From contig JAHISJ010000012.1 of NCBI GenBank assembly GCA_018818205.1, forward strand, positions 21,523 to 85,522: 64,000 nt of DNA, in the 5' to 3' direction. Of this stretch, positions 19,429 to 26,906 are shown in pieces (the stretch's first letter is position 1; each line of letters begins with the position of its first letter). Position numbers and translations under genes: made by a program. The stretch is from Patescibacteria group bacterium. Lineage in GTDB: Bacteria; Patescibacteriota; JABMPQ01; JAHIRA01. Below the pieces are notes generated by a model. That model did not search any database. It saw nothing but the letters and a program-made list of their open reading frames with translations, and was not told the origin of the DNA.

Positions 19429-20028
19429 ATGGAAGACAAAATAGTCAAGAACAAAATAAAAGATTTAGTTGCTTCGGTTGTCCCATATGATCAATTAGAA
19501 AAAGATCACATAGAAAATATCTGTGACTGGATTTCAAGCGATGCAAACATTTTTCGTATGCAAAAAGATGCTGTTCCTCCAAAACATCTTGTAAGCTATA
19601 CTCCTGTTGTTGATTCTGCCCAGGAAAAGGTGTTTCTTTTTGACCATAAAAAGGCAAAACTTATGTTGCCTAGCGGTGGACACATCGAAGTCAATGAAAT
19701 GCCTCTAGTTGCTGCAAAGAGAGAACTTAAGGAAGAATTGGGGTTATCCCTTGAAAAATATTCACCAGATAATAAACAGACAGAAGCACCTTTTTTCGTT
19801 ACAGTTACTCAAACAGTTGGAATTAGTGAGCCTCACGCAGATGTTTCTTTGTGGTACTTATTCAAAGAAGACGCAACTAAATCTTTTAAGTCAGATGGCG
19901 ATGAATACAGCAAGGAGTTTGATGATTTTCATTGGCTCAGCTTTGACGAAGTGCTTGAATCTTCAATTGAAAAGTTTGATCCACATATGCATCGACTAAT
20001 CCAGAAAATCAGAAAATATAAAAAATGA
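19429..20028 (+). CDS. NUDIX hydrolase
   Basis: GGHIEVNEMPLVAAKRELKEELGL. Confidence 0.7.
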   Translation: MEDKIVKNKIKDLVASVVPYDQLEKDHIENICDWISSDANIFRMQKDAVPPKHLVSYTPVVDSAQEKVFLFDHKKAKLMLPSGGHIEVNEMPLVAAKRELKEELGLSLEKYSPDNKQTEAPFFVTVTQTVGISEPHADVSLWYLFKEDATKSFKSDGDEYSKEFDDFHWLSFDEVLESSIEKFDPHMHRLIQKIRKYKK

Positions 20029-20053
20029 GGTATGGAGAGCTGAACCGACTTTT

Positions 20054-20256
20054 TCTTAACATCTGATAACAATGAACAACTGGTTTCAGAAAATTGACTC
20101 TTTGTAATTTTAAAGGACTGTCAATTTTCTTCCACCCATATTTTTCGCCTCCGAATGGTGGTAATTCAACGCTACTGCTCGATAAACAATTGTACTAAAA
20201 TGGCCGAAAGTGCAATAGTAACGGCGAAAAACATCAGATATTCACGAACGTTATAC
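20054..20256 (+). repeat. attC-like site (TCTTAAC ... GTTATAC), long
   Basis: Terminal motifs match, and CACCCATATTTTTCGCCTCC inner block is present. Confidence 0.45.
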
Positions 20257-20320
20257 GACATATTTTGATGGCAATAAAAAACGAATGTTTTAAAAACTTT
20301 TATTAAGATACAATATTATT

Positions 20321-21004
20321 GTGAAAACAGCAGGGATAATTGGAGGTCTTGGTCCAGAAACTACAGCAAAGTTTTATTTAGAAGTTATTTTTTCTTGCCA
20401 AGAACTTAATAAATCAAACAGACCTCCACTTGTTATTACGAGCGTCCCTCTTCCATATGCACTGGAAAAAGACGCAATTGTAAATAATTCTAATCTGCAA
20501 AAATGCTTACCATATCTTGTTGCAGAAGCTAAAAGATTAGAAAAAGCAGGTGCCGATTTTATTGTTATGCCCTGTAATTCACTATATCTGTTTATTGATG
20601 ATATTCGTAAAAATGTTGGCATTCCTGTTTTAAGCATCATTGAGAAAACGGCAGAATTTTTGCAAAAAAAGAGGTTCAACTACGTAGGCATTGTCTCTAC
20701 AGCAATCACCGCACAACACAAATTATATGAAAATGAATTGTCTGGAAGAGGCATGCGATATGTTTCTCCAAATGAGAATGATCAAGTCAAACTTAATCAA
20801 ATTGTTTACAAATTGGTAGTTAGAGAAAAAGACGACTCGCTGAAAAAACAACTACTGGACATTATGAGTAAGTTTGACAAACCTGATTGTGTTGTGCTTG
20901 CGTGTACGGATTTACAATTGCTTAAACCCGTATTAGAAAAAATAGATGTGTTTGATACAATGAAGATACTGGCGGACGCTACAGTTAAAGAAATATTGAA
21001 ATAA
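20321..21004 (+). CDS. Asp/Glu racemase family protein
   Basis: GIIGGLGPETT N-terminus and a conserved Cys-containing block VLACTDL. Confidence 0.65.
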   Translation: MKTAGIIGGLGPETTAKFYLEVIFSCQELNKSNRPPLVITSVPLPYALEKDAIVNNSNLQKCLPYLVAEAKRLEKAGADFIVMPCNSLYLFIDDIRKNVGIPVLSIIEKTAEFLQKKRFNYVGIVSTAITAQHKLYENELSGRGMRYVSPNENDQVKLNQIVYKLVVREKDDSLKKQLLDIMSKFDKPDCVVLACTDLQLLKPVLEKIDVFDTMKILADATVKEILK

Positions 21005-21086
21005 AAGTTTTTAAAATTATTATGAAATTTCCATCAAAATACGCTAAAGCCACGCTGCGCTCTCACTCCACTTTGTTCCGTTCGGG

Positions 21087-21188
21087 TCATATAACAAGGG
21101 ATATACGGATTAGCCCTCGGCTCGGGCTTCACCCAAATTTTTCTTCCGCTTCGCTACAGAAAAACTTCGTATATCCTTAACGTTGTGT
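21087..21188 (+). repeat. attC-like site (TCATATAAC ... GTTGTGT)
   Basis: Stem GGATATACG/CGTATATCC. Confidence 0.55.
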
Positions 21189-21218
21189 GTAATTCAAATT
21201 GTTTCTAAATATTTTTCT

Positions 21219-21677
21219 ATGATTAAAATTCGGACATTCAGAAATAGTGACACTTCTGAAATAATCAGACTTACTACCACGGTAGTAAAGGAATTTCTAG
21301 ATTATACCGATGAGGACTTGCAAGATTTAATCACTGATTTATCTGATATAAAGAAAAACTATCTTGATAAGGGCGGAAATTTTATTGTATGCACAATCAA
21401 TGATAATATTATTGGAACTATCGCATTACTACCTCAGAAAAAACATGTAGTTAAATTAAAAAGAATGTACTTATACAAAGCATACCGAGGGAAAGAGCAT
21501 GGTTCAAACATTTTTAATTTTGCGGAAAACTGGTGCAAGGACAATGATTTTAATAAAATAATTTTATCAACCTACCCGCCTTTTACTGGTTCAAAATTTT
21601 ACAAAAAAATGGGATTCAATATATACAAAAATATTGGTAAAAAAACGTTTTACGAAAAATATTTAGAAACAATTTAA
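21219..21677 (+). CDS. GNAT family N-acetyltransferase
   Basis: KRMYLYKAYRGKEHGSNIF acetyl-CoA binding region. The ORF track starts at 21183; the likely ATG is at 21219. Confidence 0.6.
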   Translation: MIKIRTFRNSDTSEIIRLTTTVVKEFLDYTDEDLQDLITDLSDIKKNYLDKGGNFIVCTINDNIIGTIALLPQKKHVVKLKRMYLYKAYRGKEHGSNIFNFAENWCKDNDFNKIILSTYPPFTGSKFYKKMGFNIYKNIGKKTFYEKYLETI

Positions 21678-21705
21678 ACTCTCCGCTGTCGCTCCGCTCT
21701 TCGGG

Positions 21706-21766
21706 TCATACAACAGCGCATATCCAAAATCGCTTCGCGACTTCGAATGAAACGCAAACGTTATGT
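21706..21766 (+). repeat. attC-like site (TCATACAAC ... GTTATGT)
   Basis: Stem GCGCATATCC / GAATGAAACGC (imperfect). Confidence 0.55.
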
Positions 21767-21832
21767 GACATGCCATTAATTTTTAATGTTCAATAGAGCC
21801 TAGAATGATATAATTATTAAATATTAATTAAA

Positions 21833-22939
21833 ATGATGGGTATCGAAGATGCAAAAAATCCAGAAATTATAGATCAATCGATAGAACATCCTGTTGCCGA
21901 TATTCCAAAGTCAGAAAAACAAACTGCGCAAAAAGAAGCTTCACCAGAAAAAAGAATGCAAGCTGAAAAAACAGTGTTGGATACACTTGGGATTGGATCA
22001 GATGAAAAGTTAGATGATTTTGATAAAAAACTAAATGAAGCAACAAAATCATTGCCCAGATACCAACAAATTGAGAAAAAGCTTGAAGGAATTGAACGAC
22101 AAAATCTGCCTTATGAACTATTCAAAGCGTTAAAGAGAGATTCAGATGAAGAACAGATTGATCAGAATGCGCCAAAAGACGGGGTTTTGATTCAATCAAT
22201 GAAACAAGGACCACTTGCGTGCGCAGGCAGAACCTTAATAGCCTCATCTCTTTTACAAGAACATGGGATAGGCCACGTGCCTGTTTCTGCGCCAAAACAT
22301 GCTTTAATAATTATTGAGCAATCGCCAGATACGATGGCATATTTTGACGCTAACAATAATCTTTTCTTCACATTTCCAAAATCAGCCCTTGACGGCTATG
22401 AAGGGTTAGAAACATCTGCAGAATGTAGGCTCAAGGAATACACTCCAAGAGAAACGGATTTTAATGACGGAATAACGACAGCTTATTCTCACTTTGTTGC
22501 AATGCCTGCAAAAGAAGCTATTGGAAGGCAATATTTGGGCAACGTTGCGGCAGCTCTAAATGGAAATGAAGAATTTGAGTCAAGTGGCATTACGAAAGAT
22601 GAAGAAGCCTCTGAAGCCACTCATCAAATTGAAACCGAAGTATATGGCGTAAACCCAGTACTCGTTAGTTTCCATTCAAGAGTCGAGACACTTTATAAGA
22701 AAGAAAAGGCACGAACTGCAAGCTATAGAAAAGTAGCAAGTGAAGTTTTGCAAACACACCCCACACATGATGATTTTGTTTCTTTTTTTACAAAGGTTTT
22801 AGACGGAAATATCAGCGACGGAATTCCCTTTATTAAAAATGCTTCTCCTGAACGAAAAAGAGTATACGCTGACAATGTCTGGGATTTTCTGCAGAAAGAA
22901 ATAAAGACGAAAGCAAAAGAGGAAGATAAAAATATTTAA
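21833..22939 (+). CDS. hypothetical protein
   Basis: ORF only. Confidence 0.4.
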   Translation: MMGIEDAKNPEIIDQSIEHPVADIPKSEKQTAQKEASPEKRMQAEKTVLDTLGIGSDEKLDDFDKKLNEATKSLPRYQQIEKKLEGIERQNLPYELFKALKRDSDEEQIDQNAPKDGVLIQSMKQGPLACAGRTLIASSLLQEHGIGHVPVSAPKHALIIIEQSPDTMAYFDANNNLFFTFPKSALDGYEGLETSAECRLKEYTPRETDFNDGITTAYSHFVAMPAKEAIGRQYLGNVAAALNGNEEFESSGITKDEEASEATHQIETEVYGVNPVLVSFHSRVETLYKKEKARTASYRKVASEVLQTHPTHDDFVSFFTKVLDGNISDGIPFIKNASPERKRVYADNVWDFLQKEIKTKAKEEDKNI

Positions 22940-22946
22940 TGGCACA

Positions 22947-23017
22947 TCATATAACAAGGTTTATCTGAAATTCACTCCACTACGTTCCATGATCTTCAGA
23001 TAAACAATACGTTGTCT
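22947..23017 (+). repeat. attC-like site (TCATATAAC ... GTTGTCT)
   Basis: Stem GTTTATCTGAA/TTCAGATAAAC. Confidence 0.6.
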
Positions 23018-23157
23018 GAAATACATTTTTTATACTACTTAAATGCTTTGTGTGCACAAGTAGTGTTTGCCTAATTGCTACATATATGATACAATTGACA
23101 GCAATAAAATGGCTTTAATAAGACATATTTAGTAACTAAATGCTACATAATTAATGT

Positions 23158-24312
23158 ATGGTTGTTACATCTAAACATTCAAAAATCACACTCTTTGAAC
23201 CAGATTTCGGGTCAAGTCTTACTGATCTAATTATTGAGCTTGATTATCTTCGTAAAAAACCTCTTGGTGGAACTACTCACCCAGTGATTTTTTTTCAACT
23301 AAAAAATATATTCCATATGCTTGAGAGCATTGGTTCTTCTAGAATCGAGGGGAACCACACAACAGTAGCTGAGTATATTGAGACAAAGATAGAAGGGAAA
23401 AAATCTAAAAATGAAAAAGATATAGAAATTCAGAACCTTGAGAAAGCAATGGAATTTATTGATAAAAATGTCAAAAAATATAAAGTAAACAGAATTTTTC
23501 TAAGCGAGCTACATAAACAAGTAGTAAAAGATCTTACCTCACCTCCTAGTGGCGAAGGAAGTGTAGATCCTGGTCAATACAGAGCGAAGAATTGTGAAAT
23601 TGTGAAATCTAAACATATTCCGCCAGACTTCACACAAGTAGATGATTACATGAAAGAATTTTTTAACTTTATCAATAAAGAGAGTGCTGCAAAATACGAT
23701 TTGTTAAAAGTTGCCGTTTCTTATCATCGTTTTGCATGGATTCATCCATTTGATAATGGGAATGGAAGAACCGTTAGATTACTAACATATGCGATGTTAG
23801 TAAAACAAGGATTCAATGTAAACGTTGGAAGAATTTTGAATCCAACGGCTATTTTTTGTATTGATCGCAAGAAATACTATGATGCACTTTCTTGGGCCGA
23901 TAGGGGTACAAAAAAAGGAGAACTTGAATGGTGTGAATACGTTCTGTCAGGACTCAAGAAAGAAATAGAAAAAATTGATAAGCTTTCTGACTATGAATAT
24001 CTTGCAAATAAAATTCTGATTCCCATGATATCATACTCTTTAGATAGGAAGACTATTACAGATCTAGAGTCTAAAATATTGCGAATTGCTGTTGAGAAAC
24101 AGGTTTTTATGTCTTCAGATATAAAAACACTTATGCCTAATAAAGTATATACTGAGAGATCTAGAGTTTTACGAAAACTAAAGAACAAGAAGATGATTGC
24201 CCCCGAAAAGGGTAAATCAAGGAAGTATACCCTAAGATTTGATAATAACTATCTCCTAAGAGGTGTCATTGATGCTTTAGAAAAAGAGGGATTTATTCCA
24301 ATTAGAAATTAA
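23158..24312 (+). CDS. Fic family protein
   Basis: HPFDNGNGRTVR. Confidence 0.8.
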   Translation: MVVTSKHSKITLFEPDFGSSLTDLIIELDYLRKKPLGGTTHPVIFFQLKNIFHMLESIGSSRIEGNHTTVAEYIETKIEGKKSKNEKDIEIQNLEKAMEFIDKNVKKYKVNRIFLSELHKQVVKDLTSPPSGEGSVDPGQYRAKNCEIVKSKHIPPDFTQVDDYMKEFFNFINKESAAKYDLLKVAVSYHRFAWIHPFDNGNGRTVRLLTYAMLVKQGFNVNVGRILNPTAIFCIDRKKYYDALSWADRGTKKGELEWCEYVLSGLKKEIEKIDKLSDYEYLANKILIPMISYSLDRKTITDLESKILRIAVEKQVFMSSDIKTLMPNKVYTERSRVLRKLKNKKMIAPEKGKSRKYTLRFDNNYLLRGVIDALEKEGFIPIRN

Positions 24313-24331
24313 ATAGAAGAGAATTTACTTC

Positions 24332-24397
24332 AGACAACTAAGAATATCAGAAATTCATTCCGCTCCGATAAGCTTCTGTTACACACAAACGTTAGGC
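24332..24397 (+). repeat. attC-like site (AGACAAC ... GTTAGGC)
   Basis: Homologous to the 9591 site. Confidence 0.55.
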
Positions 24398-24417
24398 GAT
24401 GTAATTATTAAATTTTT

Positions 24418-24954
24418 ATGAAATTATTAGAACTAGCTACCGATGAGGTAGTGACAATGGATGATTATCCAATACATGATTTATTAGACGGTGATAGTGT
24501 AATAATAAAACTGTATTTTAGAATTTTTCAAAAAAAGTGCACAAGTATTATTGCTAGAGTTATTGTTCTCCCAAAAGAATTGATAGTGTCTTCTTTCACT
24601 GAAGCAACAAAGAAAAATTTTGCAAATTTTGAAAAGAGCCACCCAAAAGTAAAATACTTTGCACTAGATGGTAATCATCGAACTACTGCTGCATCACTCA
24701 CGCAATCCAAAATTCCAGCACTACTTCTTAAAAATGATAAGGATTGTAAAGATATACAAAAAATGAATGATAGCGCTGGTGTTTTTAGACCTTATACTAA
24801 TAATACGCTCAATGAATGTGTTCTTGAGTTAAAAGATCATTTTTTAAAAGTTGATCAGTTTTATACTGTAAGAGAAAAAACTAGAATGATGGTTGAAGAT
24901 ATATCAATAGATATGCCTCAATACATGAGGGATAGCTTTAACCGAAAAATATAA
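24418..24954 (+). CDS. ParB/Srx-like nuclease domain protein (tentative)
   Basis: ALDGNHRTTAA resembles the ParB N-terminal domain core motif. Confidence 0.35.
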   Translation: MKLLELATDEVVTMDDYPIHDLLDGDSVIIKLYFRIFQKKCTSIIARVIVLPKELIVSSFTEATKKNFANFEKSHPKVKYFALDGNHRTTAASLTQSKIPALLLKNDKDCKDIQKMNDSAGVFRPYTNNTLNECVLELKDHFLKVDQFYTVREKTRMMVEDISIDMPQYMRDSFNRKI

Positions 24955-24978
24955 TAATTACATCGCCTAACGTTCGAG
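24955..24978 (+). repeat. minimal junction TAATTACATC-GCCTAAC|GTTCGAG; its left part is the inverted partner of 24388-24407
   Basis: A 20-bp perfect inverted repeat (AACGTTAGGCGATGTAATTA / TAATTACATCGCCTAACGTT) flanks ORF 24418-24954. Confidence 0.6.
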
Positions 24979-24991
24979 AATATCATAGAAC

Positions 24992-25672
24992 ATGAATATT
25001 AAAAAACATAGCACAGCAAAAGGCTCACAACGCGCCACCGGCATTGTTGTGATCATTGACGTCCTTCGAGCATGCACAACTATTCCTATACTTCTGAAGA
25101 ACGGTGCAGACACCATTATCCCTGTAAAAACCATTGATGATGCTCAGAAATATCTAAACCGTGGTTATGTGCTTATAGGAGAAGGTAAAAATGGTTGTAT
25201 CCACGATTCATTCCATTATTGCAACTCACCTTCTGAAATTCACTCGATAGATTTTACAGAAAAAAATTTAGTAATTAGAAGTAACAACGCAACACAAGCA
25301 ATTCTCAATATTGAGAAGGCTACAGACATTATTTTAGCTTCATTTGTTAATCTTGAAGCGATAGTAACCTACATCAATGATCACTACGCCAAAGATGTGG
25401 CGCTTGTCCCTCTTGGCAGATTAAACCAAGAGGGGTTGGAAGATGAATTATGCGCTGAAGCAATCAAATTGCGTCTCGAGAATACCTTTTTTGATTTCGA
25501 AAAGATGAAAAAAGAGATAAATGACTGTCCTTGTGCAAAGCTCGTCAGAGATACGCTAGATAAACCAGAAGATGTGGCATTTGCATTAGAACTTAATTCA
25601 TATCCAATAGTTCCCAAAGTCTATACAGAAGACGGGCAAAAAGTTATCAAAAATGCTAGCCTTAATGACTAA
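24992..25672 (+). CDS. ComB-like 2-phosphosulfolactate phosphatase family protein
   Basis: N-terminal GIVVIIDVLRACTT is typical of the family. Confidence 0.45.
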   Translation: MNIKKHSTAKGSQRATGIVVIIDVLRACTTIPILLKNGADTIIPVKTIDDAQKYLNRGYVLIGEGKNGCIHDSFHYCNSPSEIHSIDFTEKNLVIRSNNATQAILNIEKATDIILASFVNLEAIVTYINDHYAKDVALVPLGRLNQEGLEDELCAEAIKLRLENTFFDFEKMKKEINDCPCAKLVRDTLDKPEDVAFALELNSYPIVPKVYTEDGQKVIKNASLND

Positions 25673-25682
25673 GAAACAAACA

Positions 25683-25765
25683 TCATATAACAAGTCCATC
25701 AAAAACTCACTCCACGTCGCTCTATGAACTTCGGGTACTCTCGGGCACTAGGCAAACTGTTAACC
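25683..25765 (+). repeat. attC-like site (TCATATAAC ... GTTAACC), last in array
   Basis: Homologous to the left half of the IS-split site at 15634. Confidence 0.5.
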
Positions 25766-25827
25766 ACAATCTCCTTCTCCCCTTTTAAAAACTATGCTAC
25801 TATATAATTGAAAATTAAATTACATGT

Positions 25828-26415
25828 ATGCCTGAAGAAGAAACAAAAGATCCAAACCCAGAGCAAAAAAGAGAAAAAGCGCCTTCGCGTCTTACGAGTG
25901 AAGACATTAAAGAGTATTTGCAGTCAACGGAGCAAACGACCGAGCCTCAAAATATACTCATGCAATGGGAGGCACCTGAGTTTAAGCAGGTTTCAAGACC
26001 ACGACAATGGTACATTCTTTTTGGAATTGTAGGCGTAGCCATTGCAATATTCGCAGTCATAACTGCAAACTACCTCTTTGCCCTTATAATCGTGCTTCTT
26101 GCGGTTGTTTTAAACTCATTTTTTAGTAAAAAACCAAAGAAACTTTCCTTTGCCATTACCCCTGAAGGTATAGTTGTCAATAAGAAACTGTATGTATTTG
26201 GACAAGAGGTTCAATCATTTTGGATACTCTATGATCCCCCAAATTTAAAATCACTTCACTTTGGAAAACGATCATCACTCCAACCAAGCATTACTGTTGA
26301 GCTTCAGGATCAAAATCCACTTAAAGTAAGAGAAATTCTGCTTAACTACCTCCCAGAAGATGTTGAACGAGAAGAGCATCCCGTTGATTCAACTTTTAGA
26401 AACTGGGGATTTTAG
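25828..26415 (+). CDS. hypothetical membrane protein (two TM helices)
   Basis: Central hydrophobic pair. Own promoter-like TATAAT at 25803-25808. Confidence 0.45.
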   Translation: MPEEETKDPNPEQKREKAPSRLTSEDIKEYLQSTEQTTEPQNILMQWEAPEFKQVSRPRQWYILFGIVGVAIAIFAVITANYLFALIIVLLAVVLNSFFSKKPKKLSFAITPEGIVVNKKLYVFGQEVQSFWILYDPPNLKSLHFGKRSSLQPSITVELQDQNPLKVREILLNYLPEDVEREEHPVDSTFRNWGF

Positions 26416-26443
26416 CAAAAAAGTCTTCAAACTAGTTCTAAAA

Positions 26444-26469
26444 AATGCTACTCTATTGGAGTAGCTTTT
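26444..26469 (+). terminator. intrinsic terminator
   Basis: GCTACTCTATTGGAGTAGC followed by TTTTT. Confidence 0.55.
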
Positions 26470-26491
26470 TATGTGTGGAAATACTTTTGAT

Positions 26492-26564
26492 GCCCCGATA
26501 GCTCAGTGGATAGAGCGCTTCCCTGCGGAGGAAGAGGTCGGACGTTCGAGTCGTCCTCGGGGCA
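26492..26564 (+). tRNA. tRNA-Arg (anticodon GCG), no encoded CCA
   Basis: Acceptor GCCCCGA/TCGGGGC, anticodon stem CTTCC/GGAAG, loop CTGCGGA, T-arm GGACG-TTCGAGT-CGTCC. Confidence 0.8.
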
Positions 26565-26690
26565 CGTCGGAACAATATTCCAGTCTGCGCATGCACCTTC
26601 GCTACGCTACGGTGCCTGCTCCGACTTCCATATTGTTCCTCCTTCTCCCCAAGAAATCAGAATTTCTCGGGGGCCCCATTCTCTTGTTTT
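26565..26690 (-). repeat. inverted copy of the ~120-bp tRNA-linked element, abutting the tRNA-Arg 3' end via the same CTGGAATATTGTTCCGACG terminus
   Basis: The reverse complement aligns to copy B at 3075-3208, including the GGGGCCCCC palindrome and GGAGGAACAATATGGAAG. Confidence 0.75.
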
Positions 26691-26906
26691 ATGTTCTCAT
26701 CCGCTGCATTACGAAATTGACTCCACCTTCCAAAGTGTTTCTCATTACTCCCCATTCCCTCCTATATCATCCCGGAATTCACTTTCTTAAGTGGAAATCC
26801 GGGATCTCGTAGTTTACCTGTAAGCACGGAGATCCCGGATCAGTCTTCAAAAAACTGTCCATGATGACAGCTACCCATTCTCTTACATTTTCAGTAACCA
26901 TTTCTC

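Noticed and set aside
7885-25765. Regularly spaced hairpin repeats considered as a CRISPR array
   Set aside because: The repeats are not identical. They vary from 60 to 200 bp and are separated by 0.4-3 kb segments containing genes. No cas genes are present.
26471-26812. ORFs 26471-26812 and 26506-26790 overlapping tRNA-Arg and the inverted repeat
   Set aside because: They lie on top of a confident tRNA and repeat element, and the reading frames are not conserved between repeat copies.
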